Shown here: one piece after another, positions 1 to 11,595 of the stretch
How positions within the stretch are numbered: position 1 is the stretch's first letter
Layout: every line of letters starts with the position of its first letter
DNA from: Hydrolagus affinis
Lineage: Eukaryota
DNA: 64,000 nucleotides
Assembly (NCBI GenBank): GCA_012026655.1
Contig: JAAILG010000019.1
Location: 62,001 to 126,000 of the forward strand
Direction of reading: 5' to 3'
The notes under the pieces: generated by a model
What the model saw: the letters and a program-made list of their open reading frames with translations, nothing else
What the model was told of the DNA's origin: nothing
The model's database searches: none
Made by a program: the position numbers and the translations under genes

Positions 1-110
1 TTCGCCCACAAATATACAGTCAATTCACTTTACAGTATATTCTGTGAAGCTCTTTGAGATGTTTAGAAGGTGTGAAAAGCACTATATCAAATTCAAGGAT
101 TATTATTATT
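1..110 (+). mobile_element. 3' part of young tRNA-derived SINE, cut by window edge
   Basis: caattcactttacagtatattctgtgaag...gtgaaaagcactatatcaaattcaaggattattattatt matches the 3' end of the full-length copy at 54097-54389; (ATT)n tail. Confidence 0.85.
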
Positions 111-264
111 GTACAGCTTGATGTATGTTTTCAGTTTGTATCGTGATAAGCTTTGTCAAAGCTTCGGTCCAATGTCTAATTTTTATGGGGATTTGCATTC
201 TAAATCATTATAATAATGTTTAATTTACATACTTATATCTATCTTTGCTTCTTGCTTTGCTTCA

Positions 265-458
265 TCTCGTTTCCTCCCTTGCGTGCTTCAAGGCTGGTCT
301 CAAGACCCTCCTCGTCGATTGTGCCTTCTGCTTTCCCCAATTCACTCCCTCCCCTACATTGCCCCTCCCCCTTAATCAGGTCCGAACCTGACTGTTCAGT
401 GCCTTGGGACGTCCTCCCAATTTGAAAGGCGCTCTATAAATGTAATTTTGTTGTTGCT
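265..458 (+). mobile_element. L2-clade LINE 3' end fragment
   Basis: Ends in gccttgggacgtcctc...gaaaggcgctctataaatgtaattttgttgttg, the same terminus as the longer L2 copies (9848-10695, 27325-27942, 55222-55920). Confidence 0.8.
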
Positions 459-2294
459 CAAGGAGTCTCATGTAGTTCATGATTTGGTCTTGGTCTAAAT
501 TGAGGTGTGAGAAGATGTTTTGTCCTTATCTTGACTGAGGATTATCAAAGTGATCAAGTAGCTCCTGTGGTTTTGGTATATATCAAGCTATTTCCTTGAG
601 CAACTCTGAGTAACAGACTAATACAATCCTTAATGGAGCTGTTGATTGTTTTTATACAGTTTCAGTACCACATTCCCTTGGCCACACTTACACTGCACCA
701 GTTGGAAATGTATAGGATCTTGAGAAACCTCAATAAGTCTATTTGGAAATAAATAGGTTTCATTGTGTCTTTGATGATTAAGATTGCCTTTTACATTTTC
801 CTTTATTTTGGGATTATTTTTCTTTATATCCAAATTCAAGGGTTATTTCAGACCTAGACAATGATTAACTCTGAATCTGAAATCAGAACAGTTTACTCGT
901 GCCAAGACTGATAAATGTCACATGGAGCTACAGTTATTTACTCCAACCCTATCAACAGTGGTGAAACCCTGTAAAGAAAGGACATCTGCGGTTTATTCCC
1001 TAAAATTGTAACAGGATACACTGATAGATTTGGCAAGCCCTGAATTCCCTATTCTTCAGGTGCCTAAATATGTACCTATCTGACAAAGAGTCACACTATG
1101 AGTACAGTACAGTAAAGATCTTGTTTGTAGAGGTGTATCAATTCTTGTGGCCTCGTCAGCTTTCCTAATTTATGCCTGTAGGGTCTTCGTGCAAAAAATA
1201 TTGTATTTTGCTTTTTGAGTCTTCAGAGAGATGTGTTATTTTGTATCTCAAGAGTATTATGTTGCTCAGGTTATAGGGAATCTTGTTTTCTATTTGCTAC
1301 TCCTAGTCTACCCTTTCATTCTTCTGTTGAGATGCATATTTTATTTTGAGAAACTCGGGTGAAGGGTCAATCGTAAAATTGCTGCCACAATGTTTCCACA
1401 GGCGAGTGTGCTATCATCTGAGCCAAACTAACACCTGAGGCTCACGATCCCATCTATCCCTTGCCGTCAAAGCATGTTGTATAAAAAATGAAGATTGTGC
1501 AGATTTGTAGAAAATTCCGTCTCAATTTGGAATTGAATAATTTTTAAGAAGAACTTTTCATAGTTTTGCACAATCTTAAATTTAATGATAATATGATCTT
1601 ACAGGCTTTGACAGGATGGAATTTCAGGTTGAGGGATGGGTATGATTAGAAGAACTTCTCTTACTATACACACACGTATACAGTACTGTATATAAAAACA
1701 TTCTTGTAAACAAAAACATTTCTTGCTGTGTTGATAAACTGCTCCGAAAGGAGCTGGATAAATATTTGGTTAAAACAATATTAACAATGATGGGGATAGA
1801 TTGATGAATGAATGTTGTCTGTATAGGTTTTAATTGTAAGAACGGATGAAATTCCTGAAAGTTTTGCTTTGTAAATTGGAGTTGGAGAAATACAGAACTT
1901 TTTTCCAGGAGATAAATTTTTAGAGTCCATGAACTTTTGTATCTATGATAGAAATGGGCTTGATAAGCCAAATTACTTTTCTCATTTGATACTTTATATG
2001 TTCTTATACAATGGCCATTCTTAGACAGCAGCAAATTGTGAGCAAGTTTAATCTTGTACTTACAAATGTCCAGACCAATTTTTGTTCATTATTAGCTTAA
2101 ATATTTGTTCTTTGTCTAAAAGGATTCTTAAATATTGATGTTTTAATTGTCTTATTTGGAACAAATTTAACAACGATTTGACACCTTTATATGGGATACC
2201 GCATATGTACAATAAACTTTAGCACAGTTTATTAGCTCAGTAAAAAAAAATTCTGTTAGTCTAAAATGACACTCTGGAGCTGTGATGGTGAGGG

Positions 2295-2851
2295 GTGTAA
2301 CATTGTCGGAGGTGCTGGCCTTTGGATTAAACATTAAACATTAAACTTTGCCTGCATGTTCAGGTGGACGTTGTTGTTGTCGTCACTACTTGAAAAATGA
2401 AGGTAGTTTCTTCCTTGCAAAGCAAAAGGGACATAGTCTTAAAAATAGAACCAGGCCATTTAAGAGTGGAATAGGAAGTATTTTTTCACTCAAAGGGTGG
2501 TCGAAATGTGGCATTTTCTACCCAAAAGGTCATGGAAGCTGGATCCATCCACACCTTCAAGAGTGAGGTTGATAAATTTTTGGTAGGTTGGGGTATTAAA
2601 TGATACGGGGAGAAAGCGGGAAATTGGAATTAAAAGGATTAGTACGGATACAAATCAGCCACGATCTAATTAAATGGCGGAATGGGCTTGATGGGCTGAA
2701 AGGCCTACTCCTGTTGCTACGTTTCTATGTTCCAGTGTCCGGTCCAGCAGTTCTCCTAAAAATACAGTCACTGAACTGTTCAGTAAATCCTTTGATAATG
2801 TCCTTTAAAAAGGTGAAAGGCACTGCATCAGATGCCAGGATTATTATTATT
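2295..2851 (+). mobile_element. Old Deu-type SINE split by a CR1 insertion (pieces ~2295-2414 and ~2730-2851)
   Basis: cattgtcggaggtgc...ttcaggtggacgtt resembles the Deu core as I recall it; sequence resumes as ccagtgtcc... after the CR1 and ends aaggtgaaaggcact...ggattattattatt. Confidence 0.6.
2415..2729 (+). mobile_element. CR1 LINE 3' end
   Basis: ORF2 C-terminal remnant (GHSLKNRTRPFK) and 3' UTR atcagccacgatct...aatggcgg...ggctgaaaggcctactcctgttgctacgtttctatgtt, similar to 54460-54528. Confidence 0.8.
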
Positions 2852-3889
2852 AAAGATCACAAATCAGCATTTGAAATGTAGGTTAATGTTTGGTTGACCA
2901 GAATTGAAGCGCATATTTATCTATTCAGTTAGAGCAAGAAGAGTTGAATCTTCTGAGTTTTTACATTGTAAATGTTACTGTGACCATTACTGTGGTGGTG
3001 CTTTGCATTGGATTAACAGATGTCAGTATTTATTGACATCATCGAAAAAACGTACTTGCTGAAACCTGCCTTTATAGATTTACACTTGAATTCAAGGATA
3101 CCCTTTTAACTCTTCTGAGCTAGACCCATGTTCTGATGATTCCTGCCTTGTAGCACTCGGCTCAAGTATAAATGCTAAAGCAGTCACTTCTGGACATTTG
3201 ATCCATGAACTACTGGAGGTTAAAGATTTCCATTTTACTTTTCCTCAAATATACCAGTGGTTATTTACCTATTAGTCTCTTACACTGGGACAGTATTTGC
3301 TGCAAAGATGCTGTTGCAGCATAATTGATTGTATTTTCAATACATTTTTACTATCATTTTAAAATTTCTTATGAAAATATCTTATGTATTCTTTATTTAA
3401 ATATGTGAAATGTGTCTTCATCACCTAGAAATAAGTAAGAAAGTATAGTTGGCATTGCTGACATTGGAACGTTATATACAAACCATTGAGAAGGAGAAAG
3501 ATTTTACAGAGAATTACAACAGAATTACACTGTATACAGTTTCCATCCAACTGTTGCCCATTCTAGTTTTCCATTGATGTAAGAGATGACAAAGCATGAA
3601 AAGTCTTATCAACTTGCTTCTCCCATGACCCATGTTGAATATAGTTAGTAAGTAAAATGATCCATGTTCAATTTGCTCTGTCATGGATTCAACCTGATCA
3701 ACTTAATCTCCTGTTAAAAGGTTTCTCCTAAATATCTTCTATCCCTACCTTAACAATTAAATCCAATGAAAACTGGAATAACTGCTTATCCTTGTACCAT
3801 ATATTGCACCTCTATAACTAAAAAAAATCTTGAAATACCCAGTTAAAGGGTAGGGGCCACAAAACAATCTCCCACCATTTGAAAAGAGA

Positions 3890-4470
3890 ATAACAACAAA
3901 ATTATATTTGTAAAGTGCCTTTCATGGTGGGAGGATGTCCCAAGGTGCTGAACAGTTGGGGATAAGGACCTAAGCATGGTAGGGAGGCAGGGGCAGATAA
4001 GGGAGGATAGAGATAGGAGGGTGGCTGAAGACACAGTCGAAAAGGAGGAACTTGAGTCATGTCTTGAAGAAGGGAAGGAGCAAGGCGAAGGGGTTATGGG
4101 ATGGAGTTCCAAAGTGGGGCGCAGAGAGGCAGAAAGTCTGGTTCCTGATGTTAGGGTTGGTTTGGCGGGAGCCACGGAGCAGGATGGAGTTTGCTGAATG
4201 TAAGGAGTGGACAGGTTGATAGAGGGTCGGCAGTTCAAAGAGATGGGGATAAGGAGGTGGAGGGCCTTGAAGGTGAGGATGAGAATTTTGAATTGTATCC
4301 TCTGAGGGGTGAGGAGCCAGTGGAACTGACTGAGGGTGGGGGCGATGGGGTCATGGAGCCTGGTGCGGGAGAGGACATGAGCTGCAGAGTTCTGGTAATC
4401 TGCATCTTGTGGAGGGAAGAGTCAGGAAGGCCAACAAGGAAGTAGTTTCCGTAGTCAAGCCTTTGGGTGA
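3890..4470 (-). mobile_element. L2-clade LINE 3' fragment
   Basis: aacaacaaaattatatttgtaaagtgcctttca tail on the minus strand; body collinear with 9848-10430. Confidence 0.8.
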
Positions 4471-5066
4471 GAGAATAAGGAGATAAGTCAGTCAGGAAGG
4501 TAAGTCAAGTCACTCCTAAGTTATTATAATAATAATATTAATTATGTAATGATACGTTTGAGTTGAAAGGCTGTAAATCATTAGGGGAAAGCAAGACACA
4601 GGTTGACTTTTTTGACCTTACATTTTTCTCAGTAGTTCATGTTTGCAGAGTAAATAACCAATGATATTATTCCACGTGGGATGATTCAAGTAAACTTTGG
4701 TCGGTAAAGATGTGGTGATTATATTTCTACTTTTCCAAGAGACATTTCACACCACAGAAGGTGAATGAATCAGTGGCATTTTTCCTTTAAAATACTTGCA
4801 TTTAAACAGCCTTGCAATGATTTAAGCTCCTTTTTTTGTACTGTAATAAGATACTGGAATTAGTTTCATGTAGGTATACTGACATTTTATTAAGTAAATT
4901 CAAATAAAATATATTTGGATCCAAGATCAGAATGTTTTACTGCTACATTGTGAATTACTTTAGAATAGAATTCTCTAATTCTTTATTCAGATTATAATAC
5001 AGGTACATATATATTTTGGAAATGAGATACAGAGCAATAATTTAATCAACCTGCGGTCACATTGCA

Positions 5067-5140
5067 GAGTCCTGTAGCTTGGTGGTTAGAGCACTCGCCT
5101 TACAAGCGATAGACCTAGGTTCAATTCCAGGTAGGGTGGC
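5067..5140 (+). mobile_element. Isolated tRNA-like SINE head (Pol III A/B boxes), no body or tail
   Basis: gagtcctgtagcttggtggttagagcactcgccttacaagcgatagacctaggttcaattccaggtagggt matches the heads at 41425 and 54097. Confidence 0.8.
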
Positions 5141-5634
5141 AATTTTCTTGATCATTTGGGATAGCTGAAATCAAGAATCAAAAATCTGATTATAATGTTA
5201 CAGCACATAATAGAATAGTAGACTCTACTATTCAAATTCAAATCAGATTGTTTCATGGAAGGTGCTCTAGAATACGGTCCTGTGATTCAGCAGAATTCTA
5301 AGAAATAATACATTCAGTATGTAATGTTCTTGAAATGTCAAAATAAATCGAGTAATGCATTTGCTTAATTATCATGGCTACTGACCATTGTATTGTCATA
5401 GCAATGTAGTGTGAATGGATTTATTCTGAATTATTTTAACATTACTATGCAAGACATTGGTGCTACATTTATATTAGCACATTTAAAATCACTTCCAGTA
5501 GTAAAATGATTAGGACCAGGAAATAGCAAAATCCCATTTGCTAGTGGCTGAAGAGAGCTCTGCTATTGGGCACAATCGCAGAGCTCCGCTTGCATCTTTA
5601 TGTTAAATGCTGAATACTTTTTAATATTACTAAA

Positions 5635-5790
5635 AAGATTGTGTGACACAATGGTGAGAAATGTGGAACTCACTGCCAGAGGCTAGGTTTGAAGAAAATA
5701 GCATCAATGTATTTAGGAGGAAACTGGATGCATACATGAGGGACGAGGCAATAGAGCAGATTGAGTGGGGTGGGCTTGTGTAGAGACTAG
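5635..5790 (+). mobile_element. CR1 LINE 3' fragment
   Basis: gtggaactcactgccagag...tttaggaggaaactggatgcatacatg (WNSLP...FRRKLD motif). Confidence 0.6.
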
Positions 5791-5929
5791 GTAGGGCTTC
5801 TGGGTTTCAGGGTTTATTTACTCAGATTTTTCAAGGCAATGTTAGCAATTTTGGAATGTTTATAATTTAGGGGTTGTCAGGGATTTCTTTACTGTAACGG
5901 GCGGGGAGGGTAGGGGTAGAAGGGTGAAC

Positions 5930-6265
5930 AAAGGTGTATGCACAATGACTCCTTGTTAAATGCTTCACCAGACATATCTGCACACGAAGGAAAAGAAGAG
6001 GCGGACAGTGACACTTGGGCATCACCTAGCGCATGAGAGAAAACCACCTCAGAGCTGAGTAAACATTTACATACAATTACATCTTCCAACATGGGCCACT
6101 GGTCAACAAATTGGGGTGGAAACCCCCTCTAACTCCCTCACCTTGGGACACTGAGCCACTTGTACTATTACCAATTGCTAAGATCAGCCAACTCAATACG
6201 ATCTTGCTTTACTTTCGTCTGGATGCGCTAGGATTTTACATTTACCCAGCATACCATCGGGGGAA
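5930..6265 (-). mobile_element. Old unassigned SINE-like repeat (family also at ~16076, 37260, 42265, 52735, 57650)
   Basis: Reverse complement has gagttggctgatcttagcaattgg...acaagtggctcagtgtccc, like ctgtgctgag...tacaattggcct at 52745-52785. Confidence 0.4.
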
Positions 6266-6688
6266 CCTGAATCATTTTTAAAATCAGTTTTGGAATAATC
6301 TACATTTTACTCTCCTTTATGTTTTAGTTGTTACAGGTTAACAATTGTTTAGTTATCAGGCGTAAGATGATGTATTCTTGTGTGTCATTTCCGAAACTTC
6401 ATTTTAGTTACTGTATTCAGCATTGAATGACCGTGTCTAGATATTTCTGAAGCAGGTAAAGGTGAATTGGGCTATCAACACTAGATATCAGACTTTGTAG
6501 GTTTTCATGCATCAAAGGTTTCCTGGCAATTGTTTAAAAAAAAATCATTTTGCTATGAACTTGCCTGTTTTCTACTGGGCTGCTCAGAGATGGATTGCTT
6601 TCTGGAGTTTTTGACAGGTGTAATTGTTGAGGCGTCATCTGTTCTTGTTTGCACAAAATACATTTTAGCCAACTGTAAGACTTGCCCG

Positions 6689-6844
6689 NNNNNNNNNNNN
6701 NNNNNNNNNNNNNNNNNNNNNNNNNNNNNNNNNNNNNNNNNNNNNNNNNNNNNNNNNNNNNNNNNNNNNNNNNNNNNNNNNNNNNNNNNNNNNNNNNNNN
6801 NNNNNNNNNNNNNNNNNNNNNNNNNNNNNNNNNNNNNNNNNNNN
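6689..6844. other. Assembly gap (156 N)
   Basis: Run of N. Confidence 1.
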
Positions 6845-7437
6845 CATCTCTCTCACACTTTGCGTTAGTTTGACTCCTTGTAACTAATTATTTAAGGTCT
6901 TGCCTGTATGCTTAACGTGGCTGTAGCACACACATTTCATCGGCATGCGAATGCATTTTGTTACTCATTTTCATACCTACTGCTGCATGATTGATATACC
7001 TCAGCAGGTTATATTTATGGAGGAGCAGGAGAAGTTCTTATTATTTGCAATTCTGTTTGGCCCTGCTCACTGTTACTATATTTAAATTAAATTTATTTGT
7101 AATTAAATTTCATTCAATATCAAAACAAGATTTTGTTTTCATTTGGTTATTATTAATACAGAGAAACCTGTTTTTGAAGAGTTTTGATTTGTTTTTACAC
7201 TAAGTATTAGAACATGCTTAAATTTCACCAGAAATTGAATAGATAGCAGCATTTGTTAGGATAAACCTGTGTATCAAAGAAAGAACATTTAGTCTTTAAA
7301 TTGGCAGAACAGTTCATACTGAACTTTTGTTTTTACGAAAGATTTGATATCTATGAGACACTTTGGACTTGAAGTGCACTTTTCCTGGTACACTTGATAT
7401 GACGCTATAATCAATACAAGGATTATTATTATTTTAT

Positions 7438-7594
7438 TTTTGCCCACAAAACATTCAGTCAATTCACTTTACAATATATTCCATGAAGTGCTTTGAGATG
7501 TCTTCTAGATGTCTCAAAGCGCTTCACAGAATATACTATAAAGTGAATTGACTAAAGGTGGGCAAAACACAGCAGCCAATTGCACACAGCAATT
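7438..7594. repeat. Palindrome made of two young-SINE 3' parts fused tail to tail
   Basis: 47-bp arms 7457-7503 and 7507-7553 (40/47 Watson-Crick complementary), outer arms ttttgcccac/gtgggcaaaa. Confidence 0.85.
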
Positions 7595-8160
7595 AACAGC
7601 AATTAATGGGGAAGGGGAAGCGGGGTTTTGACTAAGGAAGTGATTAATATAAGTGAAGCAAATAATTCATCAGTGGTTTCGATAGGAAACTGAATGGGAC
7701 TCGGGTTTCACAATACAAAATCTTTCACGTTGGGAGGTGCTGAACACTCGGATTAGGACACGAGTGGACGGGGATGGGATTTACATCAGGATGTACGACT
7801 TACACAATTTATAAAGATAAGACTTATATGAGTTTTATTGTATATGGAATACTTTTACTGTTAAACATACTGAAAAATATTGTATCCAGTAAACTTTCCT
7901 CAGACATCAAGAATAATAGCTGAAGTATGCTTGTACAATTGCTTTGCATCTTGGGGATTTGAAAGGTGTATTTTCTATGAATTAGCTGTCATCTTCTACT
8001 GTCTTCTAAAGCAATGACGGTTCCTAATTTGCATAATCTTTTTAAGAAGTCAAATTACACTGTCAAACAACAGATTTAACTTGCTTGCAAGGATTTAACT
8101 ATGCTATGGTGGGGTGGGGGGTGTTGCAACTAATCCATATTGCAATTAATTAGTATTGTG

Positions 8161-8543
8161 GGTGTCAGCCTAGCCCATTTGGTAGCGCTCTCACATTAGA
8201 AGATTGTGCATTCTGTGCCCTCATCTGGGCTGTGATGCTAGTACAATGCTGGGGGGACACTGCATTATCATCCTTCAGATATGATGTTGTTGAGGTCAGA
8301 CCTGTCTGTTCAGAGGGTCTTTAAAGGTCACAATTCAAAACGATATGGGAGTTTCTTCCAGTATCCAGCCTAAAATTAGTTGTTCACTTCATGGCTCTTG
8401 GTGAGACATTGCTGTGTGCAAATTGTAAATTGCCCATTTGGCTATAAATATGCAATCACTACACTTTACATTAAATCCTGTGAAATGCTTTGAAAATGTT
8501 GTCAATGTGATGAAGTGCTCTGTCAAATGAATAGATTATTATT
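8161..8543 (+). mobile_element. Old near-full-length Deu-type tRNA SINE
   Basis: Degenerate tRNA head (ggtgtcagcctagcccatttggtagcgctctcac), central core, ttgctgtgtgcaaatt, tail gtgaaatgctttg...gattattatt. Confidence 0.65.
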
Positions 8544-8923
8544 ACAGTTTGTTTATTTATTTTAAATCAGGTGTAGCATTTTTTCTTGACATTGTATGTT
8601 TTACCTATTAAAACATTTCATGTATCATCATATGTTCAATTTTCAGACAAAGGCTGGCTGTATTTAATACCTAATGTTATATTACACTATACAGTAAATT
8701 AGAATAAAAATAAAGTGTACTGAGTTGTACGTCACATTCCTCAAAGTTGAAGGATTGTTAAGATGTTTCAAGGAATTCAGGCATATAGAGTTTTCCAATT
8801 AGAGTCAAGTGGGCCGAATGTTGTATAATATGTTCTTTATAAATGCAGCAGAATCTCCAGGAAATAACTAAATTTTCTGAAGAATGCATAACAATTTATC
8901 AACAGACATTGAATTTCTAGATA

Positions 8924-9641
8924 CAGTAGAAGCCCGTTTATCCGTGACTCAATGCACTGGCACTTCCGTATAACCAGCATGCCAAAAACAAAGTCCCCAT
9001 TCAATAAACCGGAACTTATCCGGAACAATAGCAGTGGAGCATTTGTAAATACATAAATAATAATATAATAACAGAATATTGTATTGGCACTCATTGTCAA
9101 AACCACTCTCCTGCGTCCCCCCTACCTCCGCTGGTAGATGCTGCGCTTGAAGCCATGATGCTGTGGTTGATGTTTACAGTCCAGCCACTCTCCCCAAAAT
9201 GGAGCACGTATGACTTCAAAGTCATACTAGCGGTAAGCTGATAACGTTAGCCGATAACCCACATTGTGCGCAGGTGCAGTATTTCGGTTTGCCGCTAGCA
9301 GAGTCTAGGGCTTCGGCTTGCAGCTAGTAAAGTTGCGCGACTTTAAAATCGTGCTGCCGCCTCCCTCACCCGCCTGGTGCCCTCCACTCAAAAAAGAATT
9401 GCTGGACTGCAAACCCCAACTAGTATAGGTGAGAAGCGCAAGAGAGCATCATCCACAGCAACCCCCAACACAATACTCCGCCACTATCTGTTATTACTTA
9501 GTCAGGTGTGTGTGGTGTGTGTTAAAAGAACTTTAATTTTTTTGTAGTGGGTTTTCGGACGCGGGCCGCCCAAATATCTGGCAGGTGCTTTAACCGGCAT
9601 TGGCCAGGTTCTGCAGGTACCGGATAAACAAGCTTCTACTG
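8924..9641. mobile_element. Non-autonomous Tc1/mariner-pogo (Tigger-like) DNA transposon, 718 bp
   Basis: TIRs cagtagaagcccgtttatccg / cggataaacaagcttctactg (19/21 match); TA on both sides (8922-23, 9642-43); no transposase ORF. Confidence 0.88.
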
Positions 9642-9847
9642 TATAACATCAAAATCTAATAAAATTGCATTAGTTAATACTACAAATTGGTTTAAAGTCA
9701 CATTGTTGTTCATTTGGTGCAATAGCACAATAAAAAGCCATTAAAAGTGGATATGTCTTTTAATTACCTTATTACGCCATCCCAAAGGTATGAATTTCCA
9801 AGGATTTCATTCCAGCACAGTAATGCATACTTTGAGATGTTTTAATA

Positions 9848-10695
9848 CAACAACAAGAACAACAACAAAATTACACTTGTATAGCGCCTTTTATATCAGG
9901 AGGAGCTGAACAGTCAATGTTTCAGACCCAAGCTGGGATCGGGGAGGGTAGAGGCAAAAGGGGGGATTTGGGGTGACCGATGGGCCTGTCAAAGAGGAGG
10001 GTCTTGAGGCGGGATTTGAAGGAGGCCAGGGAGGGTACGAGGCACAGAGACCGCAGGATTGAGTTCTAGAGGTTAGGGCCAGAGTGGCTGAAGGCTCGCC
10101 CGCCAATGGTGGGGTGGGTGGGTCAGGGGACATGAAGCAGGCTGGAGCCTGGCTGAGTGGAGGGGGCGGGCATGTTGGTGGGGGTTAGGAGGTCGCAGAG
10201 ATAGGATGGGGCAAGGCCATGGAGGGCTTTGAATGTGAGGAGCAGGGTCTTGAATTGAATCCTCTGGGTGTTGGGGAGCCATGGAGTCGGGCGAGAATGG
10301 CAGAGTTGGAGCGGTAGAGGACACAGGCTGCAGAGTTCTGGATTATTTGCAGCCCATGGAAGAGGAATTGGGAAGGCTGACAAGCAGGGCATTGGCATAG
10401 TTCAACCTGGATGTGATGAAGGCATGAATGAGGGTTTCAGCGGCCTGAACGGTGGGGTAGGGGCGGAATCGGGCAATATTGCGGAGGTGAGGGAAGCCAG
10501 AGAATGTTGACATTCAATTGTAGAAAGTTAACTCTCATGCAGGACTTGATGTCTGACAGGCAGTCTGTCAGGATAGCAGTGGTCCTGGAGACAAAGGTAG
10601 ATGCAGAAAGTTAGAGTTGGGTGTCATCCGCATACATATGGAAGTTGACCCCATGGTCTGCGGATGATGTCGCCAAGGGGGAGCATGTAGATATT
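9848..10695 (-). mobile_element. L2-clade LINE, 5'-truncated, with RT catalytic motif
   Basis: Minus strand near 10614-10643 reads FHMYADDTQL; RIQFKTLLLTFKALHGLAPSYLCDLL is a typical L2 ORF2 C-terminus; (CAA)n tail at 9848. Confidence 0.9.
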
Positions 10696-11004
10696 GATAC
10701 TTAGCCCAAACTAAATTTACCCTGCATTTAAGAGCCTGATAAATCTGTTACTATTTTGGAAAAATGAAACCAAGGAAAACGCATTTAATAAGCTATAGCC
10801 GACTTCATCTGTTCGAATGGACTGAAAGTTTGTTCATGCTTGTTTGGGAAGAGCAAAATAGGATGTTAATCTATGTTCACAAATTTTGGTTAGAAATAAA
10901 CAATCATATACCCAGTTTATTGTTTAAATAGATCTGTCTGGTTGCAGGAATGCTTAAGAATCCTTGAAGAGCTTTCACCCATTCTACCTCAGCTCTCTGA
11001 ATTT

Positions 11005-11222
11005 CCATTCTGGAATCTTTTGCTCTTCTTTCCCCATTTTCAAAATTCACATTAAGACCTTCTTAAGACCACCAGCGGCAGGTGAGCCTTCAACCACTCT
11101 GCCTAGAATTCCTGGAAGAGAGAAAATTTAACAAATTGTTATTACAGCGCCTTGGGATGTCCTCTCGACGTGAAAGACGCTATATAAATGTAGGTTTGGA
11201 TTGATTGAGTTTTGATTGATTA
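11005..11222 (+). mobile_element. L2-type 3' fragments ending in a (GATT)n tail
   Basis: cagcgccttgggatgtcctctcgacgtgaaagacgctatataaatgtagg followed by gattgatt repeats. Confidence 0.65.
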
Positions 11223-11254
11223 CAGCATTCAGGAATATAACATTAACACAATTT

Positions 11255-11595
11255 CTGTGGTACACCACTTGCAACTAACTCCAATTGCATCACTCCTTGT
11301 TGCGTTCTAGCCATTTGCTAGACATTAACTAGCCATTTGCTAATCCAATTCAGTACATCAACATGTATTCCATGGTACTAAATCTTATGTAATAGTCTAT
11401 TATGTAGATTGTAGACTACTTATATGTTATATCTTCCACAAACAAATCTAATAAATTTGTTAAGCATGACTTCTAGATCTACGCAGAAAACTATCTGAAG
11501 ACACTGATTTTCCGCTCTAACAGGATCTTCAGTTCAGCCAATTTATCGTTCTCTTTCACCCAACAGTTACACGTTTAATAGGTCTTCTGCTATAA
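11255..11595 (-). mobile_element. Degraded CR1 RT-region fragment
   Basis: Weak collinearity with the CR1 relic at 13520-14210 (gtggtacaccact, ttaagcatgac). Confidence 0.4.

Noticed and set aside
5067-5140. tRNA-Val or tRNA-Ala gene
   Set aside because: Stems are imperfect and the sequence matches SINE heads at 41425 and 54097; treated as SINE-derived.
6530-6873. Three ORFs spanning the N run
   Set aside because: Artefacts of the assembly gap.
11308-11343. Small direct repeats (tagccatttgcta twice; similar cases near 36960, 39387, 41985, 50270)
   Set aside because: Ordinary slippage duplications inside decayed repeats.
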